A program made the position numbers and the translations under genes. DNA of 64,000 nt from Guillardia theta CCMP2712 (Eukaryota; Protista; Cryptophyta), in NCBI RefSeq assembly GCF_000315625.1, contig NW_005434672.1, positions 647,004 through 711,003 on the forward strand. Reading direction: 5' to 3'. This document shows positions 37,975 to 48,500 of this stretch, in pieces (position 1 is the stretch's first letter; each line of letters begins with the position of its first letter). The notes below the pieces were generated by a model that was not told where the DNA came from, ran no database searches, and worked only from the letters and a program-made list of their open reading frames with translations.

Positions 37975-38045
37975 ACACCGATGGTCTAGTGGTAGAATAC
38001 GCCCCTGCCACGGGCGAGACCCGGGTTCGATTCCCGGTCGGTGTA
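37975..38045 (+). tRNA. trnG-GCC: tRNA-Gly(GCC), identical to the copy at 36330-36400
   Basis: Same cloverleaf with intact A and B boxes. Confidence 0.95.
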
Positions 38046-38098
38046 GCTTGAGAAGCTACGGCAGATCTGGGCGGTCAGAAGCCTAGAGAAACCGACTC

Positions 38099-38104
38099 TT
38101 TTTT
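38099..38104 (+). terminator. Pol III T6 terminator downstream of tRNA-Gly; second T5 near 38140; mirrored in the left arm
   Basis: TTTTTT about 54 nt after the discriminator base. Confidence 0.7.
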
Positions 38105-38222
38105 AGCCTACGGGCACTGGCCCAGACTTGCAACGACTCTTTTTAGCCCGGCTACCGTAGTTATGATGTTGTTTTTACGAACAACTGAGCGGCTTGAAGG
38201 CTAACGATCATGATGCACTTAC

Positions 38223-41200
38223 TTAGAGGGTGACAGGAGAATCATTTGAATGCTTCAAACGATCACAAAGGACTTTGCAGAAGAGCCTCGAAATCTCCTT
38301 TAGCGCAGAGAGTGTCATACGCTCTTCGAAATTCATCCTCGATCCTTTGACGTCCTGCCGAGGGAGCTTCGTCACCTCATCGCCTCCCCCTCGCAACTCA
38401 CCAGCTTGATCAACACATCTCGCCACGTTGTTGGACTCGTCCAGGAAGTCTTCGATGAAGACATGAAAGCGCTCGGACGAGGGGAAAGCCGTCTCTTGTA
38501 CCTGGCGGAGGGTGAGGAGGGAGAGAAAGGGCTTCAGAAGAGATGAGGCAGGATGGAACCTTGCGAGTCCTTCCTTCACGGATAGAGAGGCACTCCTGCG
38601 ACCAGTTGAACTCCAAGGCGAAGAAGGCGAAGAAGCGGAGAAGAATCTCTCCAGCCTGTTTCCTTCTCTCAGCCTTCCAGCTCACACTCCACGCGTTTCC
38701 ACAACACCAGAACAAGGCAAGGAGCAGAAGGAGCAAAAGCAGAAGCAGGAGCAGGAGCATGAGCAGAAGCAGAAGCAGAAGCAGAAGCAGAAGCAGGAGC
38801 AGAAGTAAGCAGGGGCAGGGGCAGGGGCAGGGGCAGGGGCAGGGGCAGGAGCAAGAGCAGTAGGACAAGGAAAAGTAGAAGCAGAAGGGAAGGAGAAGCT
38901 CTGTGACTGAGAAGAAATGAACCGAACGAAATCTTTGCCGCGGGAAAAGAGGCAGAAGAAATGTTCAAGAGCAGGACTGCAGTGTCCGGTGGGGTGCATG
39001 ACGCAGCAGGGAATGTAAGAGGAGGTGAGGGTAGGCAATATGAAGGCAATGACAATGAAACGAGTGAGATGGCAGATAAGGAAGGCCGCAGACAAGACAG
39101 AGACACTGGCCAAAGAGAAGAATACGAATGCATGAGGAGACAAGGCAGGAGCGAGGAGAACAAACAGGAGCAGCGAGGAGAGAAGGACCGTCTGTTTGTT
39201 GTCTGAGCCCCAGCCTTGAAGGAGATCGGCGTCTTGATGATACATAACCTGCGAGAAGCAAATAAAGGAGAGCGACAAGACGCAGGAGAAGCAGGGGAGC
39301 GATGGCAGAGCTTGTGCGTGTGAGCTCAAACGAGGCACCGAGGCGCGCTCGTCTCACCATCTTCGGTTGGCCGTCGACCCCTCTGATGGTTGCAATCGGC
39401 TTCAGGACGTCATAGACTACTTCTTCTCTCCTCCTCGCCTTCCTCGCACGCTCTGCATCTTCACTCATCGGTGAATCTGCATGACCTGATTACCTGCTGC
39501 CGCTCCGCGCAAGGGGAGCACTGGAAGGAAAAGGTTGGGAAGGATAGGAGGATCGAGTCTCTGCTCGCACATTCAGCATCAGAGCAGAGATATCAGCCGT
39601 ACCTGCAGCACGAAGAGAACCATGATGATGAGAGAGAAGGAGTTGAGAGTTCCTGCCCGTTACATCAGCTTTCGGCTTCCTCCCCTTCCCACGGACCTCG
39701 GAAGGCTTCATTGATCTCTCTCCTCTTGCTCCATGTTTTCACGGCGAGAACTACCTGCCCTTCCCTTCAGCCCACCTGCTTGCCACCTGATACCTTCAAA
39801 CCTCCTTCACTCTCTCGTCGACCCTCCTCATCACCTGCATGGCTGTCACTCCCTTGTCTCCCCCTCCCTGCCAGACCTCAAGGAAGTTCACGGCAAACCT
39901 CCCGAAGTTCTCTTCCTCGTGCACGCTGACAGAGAGTCATCCTCTCCTCTGCTCTCTTTCAAGTCCCCTCCCCTCCTCCCCTCCTCCCCTCCACACCTGA
40001 TGTCAAATGAAAGTGTCGCGTCTTCGGACTGAACCGTCACGAGGGGCACGCGGGCCTGCAAATCATAAGCTGCTACATTCGATTTCTCTCCCTTCCTGCT
40101 CCCTAATTTCCCTCTCTAACCAAGTACCTATCTCCCCTTGCACCCTCCCTTCCCCTCCTCTCCTCTCCTCTTCTCACTGCCTGCCTCTGGCCTCCTTGCC
40201 TTCTTCTACTGTGGATTGCTGCTTGATTACCCGTAAGATCGCGACAGCCTTCAATCCAAAGCGAGAACGGAGCTGGTGGAGATGACGTCAAGACAAGATC
40301 AGATGGTTAATTGGAGGAGTGAAGAAGGAGGCGAGTAGGATGGACCGCACCGCATGTGAAAGGACCTTGAGCATACGAATGTTTTCTCTCCGCCGCATCA
40401 TGACAGTTTTCTTACCTGCTCGCGGGGCTGAGATGAATAAGGAGGCAAGTGAAAACGCACGCACCTTGCATGCGAACTAACACGCGAGGAAGATACGTGC
40501 CTCGCACAGCCATCGGGGTCCTCAGCTGCTTCCTCTTGCTGCTCAACGACAGCTACGCTGCTTCAGGCGCTCTTTTCCGCCCTTCGTCTCAACCTCTACC
40601 TGCAGGTCCAAGTCCGAGTCGACAGATCCAAAGCCAGCAGCAGCAGATCCATACGCCCTTAGCTCTGATCCCAATCACAATTTCTCCTCTCCCTGCCGCT
40701 ACCTCATTCTCACCGGCATCTGCACCTAAGATGCACTTGACAGCTCCTGTAGCAAGATGAGATGAGGAGCGAATGCATGCTTCATTGATACTTGTCAAGT
40801 TAGCAACAAACATCTGCTGCCTCCTCGCTGAGTGCTCGTCAGCTTGGTCAATCTACTTCTCATTTCGCACCTTTTGCAGGAGGCATGGCTACCCGCCTCA
40901 CCACCTCCTGCACTTGCATGTCGATCCAAGCGAGGAGCTTGCTGGCCTCGTCCTGACCCGTCAGTCTCCTCACATTGCAAACCAGCACACTTGAAGTGAG
41001 CATACTGCCAGCAACTTAGAGGAGCCTCGGACAAGCAACACCAACCTAATGGATACAGCCGTCGCCTCTGATTCCTCCTCACTGGATGTCTGTGTTGGAC
41101 CTCGAGATTGAATCAGAGGGTTCGAGAAAGAGTCATAGGCAGCAGGCAGTAGCTCGCTGCTCGCCTCAGACCACTTGCTTTGCTCGCTCCACGAGCTCGG

Positions 41201-41356
41201 GCTGGTACTGTCGTTGATGCTATGACCTGCCTGACCTGTAGATGGGACCTTGACATGGGGAGATTGTACGATGAGCGCTGAGGATGGAGAGGCTGCGGGC
41301 ACGCAGGCATGGAAGAGCAGAGTCAAGCGAGCCAAGGTCACAAGAAGCTTCATCCT
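38223..41356 (-). CDS. One or two multi-exon hypothetical proteins; the 41356 start has a signal-peptide-like N-terminus
   Basis: Coding-like blocks (MKLLVTLARLTLLFHAC..., EEVVYDVLKPIATIRG..., FHVFIEDFLDES...) separated by pyrimidine-rich introns; no family recognised. Confidence 0.4.
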
Positions 41357-41730
41357 TTGAGCTGAATCCTCAGCATTGTTGGGATGACCCGGCACGACAT
41401 GCTCTCGCCCTGCCCATTAGGAGCAAGCGCACCTTTTGGTCGTTCACCATACAGTCATGAGCGGAGTGGTGGTGGGAAGCCGAAGAAGGAGAAGCTTGAG
41501 CGAGAGAAACACGAGGCAAGTCGAGGACGGGAAGGAGGAGCAAGGAAACAAGGCAGGGAGCAGGGGAGGGGGGCAGGGAGAGGCTGCCTCAGCCCTTCCT
41601 TTAGATTCATCAAAAGACAGTAATTTTACACATATGTTTCTTGTTCAAACGTTTCTTCTGCCCCAATTGCCCGCCCCTCCTCGGGAGGTTGTTACTGTGC
41701 TTCGCCATGCTTGCCCACCCCAACTGCTGC

Positions 41731-41805
41731 ACGGACATCTGACGGACATCTGACGGACATCTGACGGACATCTGACGGACATCTGACGGACATCTGACGA
41801 CATCT
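41731..41805. repeat. 11-bp tandem repeat ACGGACATCTG, 6 copies plus a partial one
   Basis: Seen directly. Confidence 0.95.
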
Positions 41806-41858
41806 CGGCTCCTCTTCCTTGCTCTCGTGTCATCCCTTACCCGCGAGAAGCGTCCGCC

Positions 41859-42371
41859 ATGACTTTCCTTCAAGCAGTCTTCTCTTTGAACTCCATCATG
41901 TGCTTCTTCTACGGGTGTGTCACTTTCTTTGACCCCGACATCACAGTCAAGCTCAAGCTTGCTTGTATGCCTCGACCGTGCTCGCTTGTGCACTCATTGC
42001 TTGCAGATGCTGAATGGATCAGAGAAGACAACGCTACGCTGCTGCAGATGCATGGAGCCTGTGTCATAGGGATCGGGTTGTTTTCTCTCGGGGCTGCTCA
42101 GTTTGAATATGCGGATCCGAGGTAGTTGGTTGTGATTCATGCGTGCGATGACGCGTGAGGTGACAGGAACATGATGGCCAAGTGCATGCTCGCCCTCCAC
42201 ATCTTGTTTTGTTACGCGCTGATGCGAGACAAGCGCTGGGACGAGACCCTACAGGCACCTGTGACGCTCGGAGCGACTTTCATGACCTTCTGCTATACTA
42301 TCTGCACCTTATTTCCAGACAAGGATGCACGGGAGGCGATAGGCGTAGGTGAAGGAAAGAAAGAAGCTTGA
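41859..42371 (+). CDS. Small multi-pass membrane protein, intron-containing
   Basis: gccATG start; about four hydrophobic segments over ORFs 41859..42125 and 42171..42371 joined by a GT-AG intron. Confidence 0.55.
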
Positions 42372-42399
42372 TCATTCCCCCGCTTCTCTCTTTGCCTCC

Positions 42400-43798
42400 C
42401 TCATGCGTAGTACAACACTTTCTCCCACTTGGTCTTGCTGTAGAGGTCTAGATGGCTTCCAGCTCGATAGCCGCCTGTCTCCTCCATTACCTCTTCACCC
42501 CTCTCCTCACCGCACGCACCCCATCCGAGGTCGATGAACCAGCTCAGGCGCTTCGGACTGCAGCAGATCAAATCAAGCAGTTTGAGCATCCGATGAAAGA
42601 ACCCGGGAGGCAAGGGGAAGTGAGGGAGAAGAACGAGTGACGGGAGGATTGAGGAGCAGACGAGACGAGCAAGGAGCACCTCTCAGGTTCAGCGACATCG
42701 CAATCCATCAGCTCGACGAAATCTGAATCGGAAAACCCAAACTAGACAGCAAAAAGCTCACTTATCTGGACGGCAGCGAGGCAAACTGACCGAGAACTCA
42801 GTGAGGTACCAGTAGACGCCGTTCTCAAAGACCTGCGCACGTCATTCCACGCCTCTGCAGACGCTAAGCTTACAACTGATCCATCGTTGTCGGTGTCGAG
42901 GACGATCGAGCGCCTCCCCATAGCTGCTAGTGCCAGTTCTGCATGTGTCATTCGCGCAGGCTCAACCGAGGAGCTCACTGGAGCTGTTCTGAAATCTCGC
43001 TCCCACAAGGATGAAGGTCCCTAGCTCCTGTTCCGCATCGTCAAACAAGAAAACAGAGAGCCGGTTTCACATCTCCGAGCAGATCTGTGAACATGGTGCC
43101 GTGCGAGTATGGCTGCGAGTAATAGTTGGTCCATCCCTGCTCGGGGTCAGCCAGTTGATAAGGTTCGAGTGTAGAAGACGTTCAGAAACTCTTCCGGTAC
43201 GTCGATGAGAACCCCGCTCGCAAAGTAAAGCCCTGGATACACAATGATGATGTCAGGCCTGCGAGCACAAGAGAAAGAATTCCTACGATCCATGTAAGTC
43301 AATTTGTGGATCTTGTTCTTCAATCTTAAAATTTCCGCCTGAACGTCTTCAGAGAGCAGAACTCTGAGAGAGTTACACCTGAGCCAAAGCAAGCCGAGCC
43401 TTGAGAACTTCATTCTCGTCAGCAGAGTTGAAGTTTTGAATATCAGTCAATTCGGATTCTGCGAAGTTGATCAATCGATGACGTTGAGTCAGGACTCAGT
43501 ATAGACCTTGAAGCTCGTACTGCTTTCTGGCATCTTTGCCATTGCGTAAATTGACTCGCAGACCTTGGGTAACTGTGTTGTTTGATTCATTGGCATCTGG
43601 TTTGAGAGATTTCAGCGAGTGAAATGCGTTCTTCACACCAGAACCGAGGTTGGCGGATCCTCCTCGTAGTACATAGTCACGATTGAGGTTTCCGAGCGGA
43701 GAAGTTGAAGATGCTGCCAAACCTAGGAGGAGGAGGAGGAGCAGGAGGAGGCGCGACCCCAGCTGCTCCTTCATCTCATTTGCATTCACAGACTGCCA
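42400..43798 (-). CDS. Multi-exon hypothetical protein with a signal peptide and downstream LRGG motif; ends approximate
   Basis: RLLLLLLLLLGLAASS...YVLRGG plus several coding-like exons. Confidence 0.45.
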
Positions 43799-44476
43799 TG
43801 CGGTACAACAATGGCGGGCGATGATGGCAGAGCAGAGCTCAGCCTGGTATCACCAGGGTATCACGCTCTGTATCACGCGGCGGCGCAGGTTCAGTATAGT
43901 ATCACGCGGCCCGGGTTCCCCGGTGTCCGGCGGGCCCGGGCCCGGAGTGTGTTCGGAGCCCAGGAGCCGGCGTGAGTGTAACTGAAGTTACACTCAGCAC
44001 GAGGACTCCGGGAGGCAAAAACTCGGACAGTGTCGGGATCCGATCCGAGGCCGGGCCCGGGGTCACCGGGTCGTGACGGTCCGACGGCGCCGATCACTGC
44101 CACCGAGTCACCAGCGGTCAGGGGCCGGCAGGCCAGGCCCGGCTGAGCCAGTGGCAGCGGCATGCTAGACGCCGACGGGTGCCGTTGGGCAGTTCGGTTT
44201 TCCGTGCGGCGGCACGGCGGGCGGATTGCAACTTTCAGACTCGAATCTTGTCACGGTCAGGCTCGCCGAAGTCAGTTGCCACAAACTCAAATCGATCGAC
44301 CGTCCGCGACGACAGGCTGGCCCAGTGGCGCTACGGTGACGACGCCGTGCAGCTGTGCACAGTGACCACTGGCATGCAACAACAGCACTTATCACAAGAA
44401 TCACGGTTTTGTTTGGTTTTTTTCAGTGACTCGGTGATAGATCGCTAGAGCAGTTGCTAGGTACAAAACATAAACT

Positions 44477-44547
44477 TGCAACTCGCAATGTCAATTTCAG
44501 CCATGGCTAGTGCCTTTGAGGATGAAATATCATTCTGCGTGGTTGCA
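44477..44547 (-). promoter_or_regulatory. Eukaryotic SECIS element, type II
   Basis: Minus strand TGCAACCACGCAGA-ATGAT-ATTTCATCCTC-AAA-GGCACTAGCC-ATGGCTGAAAT-TGAC-ATTGCGAGTTGCA: AUGA/GA core, 11-nt helix II arm, AAA, mini-stem GGC/GCC, helix I. Confidence 0.88.
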
Positions 44548-44625
44548 GGTCACGTGTACCCGAGATCGCTCAAGCTGTCTCCATCAACAACTTGAAGATT
44601 GCTATGCATTCGCACGTAAACTCCT

Positions 44626-44675
44626 GTCATGATTATATCAGCACAGTCATGTCATGATTATATCAGCACAGTCAT
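44626..44675. repeat. 25-bp tandem duplication in the 3' UTR between the stop codon and the SECIS
   Basis: GTCATGATTATATCAGCACAGTCAT x2. Confidence 0.9.
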
Positions 44676-44713
44676 GCCATCAAATATGTTTCACCTTGCC
44701 TCAACTTGAAGCT

Positions 44714-45250
44714 TTAAAGCTCAGCTTTTGCCGGCTCTACGTGGCAAGCCAACGCTCCGTCGTTGTTTCCAAAGGATTCACAGGCTTTTAAAGATATGGT
44801 TGTCTCGATGGCCTGGCCGTTGGAATTTGAGCAGAAGCATCTGAGCTCTTCTTCGCTCTTGGAGCACTTCTTGCAGGATTTCAGGTACGGGCCAACAGGT
44901 AAATTCTCACAGGTCAAGGAACCCGAATCATTCCCAAACGTCATGGAAGGGCAATCAAGCAGCTTGATTGCAGCAAAAACTTTTGCACCACACGGCTTGG
45001 TGCATTTCGTACACTGCAGAGTGCCATTCTGTCATGTTACAACATCAGTCGGCGCCGACATTAGAGGGATAATCAAACCCACCGATTCTTCGATGGAGCA
45101 CCCTGAGCACGAGTCGAGGAAGGACCCAAAGGCCCTCTGCTCCAGACCCGCCTGGTTGGGGTCTGGAGGGTTTCCTCCTCCTCATGCTGACAGCACAGGT
45201 CTTATCTGCATGGCAGCGATCACGAGCACTGCGACAGCTGCTGCTCGCAT
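44714..45250 (-). CDS. Putative selenoprotein (160 aa): signal peptide, Sec23, two cyanovirin-N-like repeats, KAEL; intron 45029-45082
   Basis: gccgccATG at 45250; in-frame TGA at 45184-45182; the frame continues GGNPPDPNQ...GSFLDSCSGCSIEES|NGTLQC...FGNDSGSLTC / GPYLKSCKKC...LRCFC...FGNNDGALAC; SECIS downstream. Confidence 0.85.
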
Positions 45251-45411
45251 GGCGGCGCTTTCGTTACGGCCGACCAGCAGAGGAGTAACCGAAGGGTCAG
45301 GTGGGAGGGGTCCGATGTCTGAAGGGGGGGTGGGAGGGTGCGGGGGGAGGGGGGGGGGTACCAGGTGGCGGGTTGTGACCCGATGCGATCGTTGAGATTT
45401 GAGTGATCTAC

Positions 45412-45518
45412 GAAGAGAGAAGAGAGAAGAGAGAAGAGAGAAGAGAGAAGAGAGAAGAGAGAAGAGAGAAGAGAGAAGAGAGAAGAGAGAAGAGAAGAGA
45501 AGAGAAGAGAAGAGAAGA
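45412..45518. repeat. (AGAGAAG)n microsatellite
   Basis: Seen directly. Confidence 0.95.
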
Positions 45519-45550
45519 ATGACGACGAGGATGAGGAAACTCGGCAAGAA

Positions 45551-48500
45551 TTGAAGTGTAGCATGTTGGAGGGAGGGATACATCTCTTGAACGAATACAT
45601 CAATACAGATCAAGTCGCGAGACGACTGACATCTTCTTTGCCGTCGTTCGTTTACAAGGCCGAAAAACTATGGCACAGCGAACCGAAGAGGCCATTTCAG
45701 TTCCTCATTCAAATGAAGGATGACTGGTGCAGTCTTGTGGTGCTCTCGACGATAGTCCGATCTTCGCGCATCTTGTTTTATGTGCCACACTGTGCCTTCA
45801 TCGTTTACTTGACATCTTTCAACGAGACCATGGCTGTGAAGCATGACTACCGCGTGAAGTTCGTCGGGACTTATGAGGCGAAACATAAGGTCTCGAGTGA
45901 CATGAGAGGTTGCGATGCCTTGAGGGTGATGACGACCTTGTCGCCACAGTCGGGCCACAAGCACGCTAAAATCCGCCTTGGAAAGTTCATCGCTCAGCTG
46001 CAACACCGATTTCACTTATGGTCGATAAGAAAGACTTCCGACAAGGTCTTCACCGTCAAGACCAACAAGAAAGAATGCCAAGGCATTGCTTGGTCGCTTG
46101 CTGCGTTGCAGGAGGTGCATTGGATTGAATGTGCTCGTCCATTGTGGAAGAGAAATTATTTCTCCAAGACCAGCGAAACCCCCGGCAACCTGCTCTATAA
46201 CTTAGACCGGATCTTGGCAAGGGGCGTTAACGGGAGTGGAGAGGTCGTGCATGTTGCAGACTCCGGGCTCGATGTCGATCACTGCTTCTTCAGGGACTCA
46301 AAGCGGAGCCTCACGTACAACAAGGTCGATCGCAAGCACAGGAAGCTTCTCGTCTACTGGATCAGCCGGCATGGCGATGGCTTTGATTCCATCGGAGGGC
46401 ATGGGACACATGTGGCTGGAAGCATTGCAGGATCTCTTGAGGATGTGACGTGGCATCCTCTTGCTAACTTCAGCGGAGTCGCGCCTGCCTGTAAGCTTGC
46501 TTTCACAGACGCAGAGAGGCAGACCAGCAGCGACGGGGAAGGTCCTTTCGTGCTGGATGACATCCCCAGCAGCATCTACCTGAAACCCTACGAAGAGGTC
46601 GGAGCCCGCCTTCACTCGCACTCGTGGGGCACACAAGACTTCAGCTACACCATCGACGCACATGAGCTGGACGATTTCATCTATCGGCATCCGGACGCCT
46701 TTTTCTCCTGGGCTGCTGGCAACGATGGAGAGCAGGAGCGTTTCGGGCTCATTGCTAGCCCTGCGAGCGCTAAGAATTGTCTGAGTGTTGGAGCCACATT
46801 CGCACCCGTGGAGTCCAGCCTGCTGGCGAAAGAGGATGGAGGAGAGGTATGTATCTTTGCCGCTCCTCCTTTCCCTTTGACCTGGCATGGCAGACTCTGT
46901 CTAGGATGAGCAGGAGGCAGATGGCGGGCGACCCCTCACTCTTCAGCAACGCACATGTGCTCTCCTTCAGCGCTCGCGGTCCCTGCAAGGATGGAAGACT
47001 CAAACCAGATGTGGTTCTCCCGGGGCTTCTCCATAGCGCTCGTTCCAACGGCAGGGCCGTCAACGCCAACTGCTGTCTGCATGCTCTCTGCAACTCGACA
47101 ACCAGGTGAGCCAACGCCTCAAGTAGCGCGAGTGAGAGCCTCGCAGCTGTCCAAGCGACTGCAGCGGCAAGGGCACATGTCAAGAGGTTGGGGGAAGTTG
47201 GCGATGCCTCTGTGAAGTCGGGTTTTGTGGCACAGACTGCTCCTTCCCGAATGATCGACTCTCCTCGAATTCTTGCTGCCCATCTTCTCCGCCAACCTCC
47301 TCCTCCTCCTCCTCCCTGTGCGGATCGTTGCTAAAAGGAACCTGCGTCAATCTGCAATCCTCGGCCAATTACATCTTCGATTTCTGCCAGTGCCGAGAAG
47401 GTCAAGTGGGAAACGACTGCAGCCAGACGGTGCAGGAGAAGCTCGCGACGTTGACCAAGATGGGAACTTCTATGGCTGCGCCTGTGGCTGCAGGGCTCGC
47501 TGCCTTGGCTCGCAGCTACCTGGGTGAGTCCTTGAGAGGAGCGGGGCAAACGGCACGAAAGCAGCGCCTTATCTTGAGTGTAGGGTTGGGATTCTGGCCG
47601 GGAGGATTGCGAAACCTAGCGGACTCGGTCTCGCCGTCGGCTTCGCTTTTGAAAGCAATGCTGATCACAGCAGGGAGGCGAACGGAGGAAGGGAAGGTGG
47701 TGCAGATCTTTGAGGACAAGCAGCTTGCCGTCGAGGATCCTCTCAACGCAGTCAAGCTTCAAATCCTGTCTGACTGCAGCAAAGTGTTTGCAGACCCTCT
47801 CCTTCTCTGCCGTGACCTCAACGCATCTCTTGCTCTCCTCCCCAACGTGGTGCAGGGCTTCGGCCACCCCACGCTTGACAGCTTGCTGTACTTCTCCGAG
47901 ACTAGCTCCAGCTTTCCTCCCTCTTCATCCTACCTCTTCCTTGAAGATCTTCGTCCCATAGCCGCAGGCGAGGAACATTCCTACTGCTTCTACATGGCCC
48001 CTCGCATTCAAGCTCCTCCTCGTTTTCTCGCTACGCTGGCTTGGTCAGACCCCCCCGGAACTCCAGCAGCAAGTAAGCAGCTGGTGAACGATCTGGATCT
48101 GCTGGTGGAGGAGACATGCGGAGAGATTCTGCTGGGGAATTCAGTTCTATTCGAAGGTCAGCGAGATCAGCTGAACAATGTTGAACGAGTGGAGCTGCAG
48201 GACGGAGGAGGAAGATGTGCAGGTCCATTGAGGAGGCTAACAATTACAGTGAGAGGAACCCTGATCCCCTTTGGGAGTCAGAACTACTCCCTCGTTGTCA
48301 GCAGCGGCTTCCTTCCCTGCGACGAGAGCATCGCGGTGCTTGATCATATTGCTCAGGTACTTGACAGTCGCGACTGAAGTGGAGGGCAGAGGCAAGAGAA
48401 GCAGAAACATGGAAAGAGAAGTAGCAGCAACTAATGAAGCAGGCTGTAAACAGTCAAAACAGGCACGAGAGGTTGTGATGGAGTCGTTGGAGTAGGTTCA

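Larger units (their letters stand above)
37691..38147. repeat. Right arm of the inverted repeat
   Basis: Reverse complement of 36222-36684. Confidence 0.95.

Noticed and set aside
38046-38104. Plant-style dicistronic tRNA-Gly-snoRNA
   Set aside because: The trailer lacks box C (RUGAUGA) and box D (CUGA).
45182-45184. Treating the CVNH-like gene as a pseudogene with a premature stop
   Set aside because: The rest of the frame and the splice sites are intact and a SECIS lies downstream, so recoding fits better.
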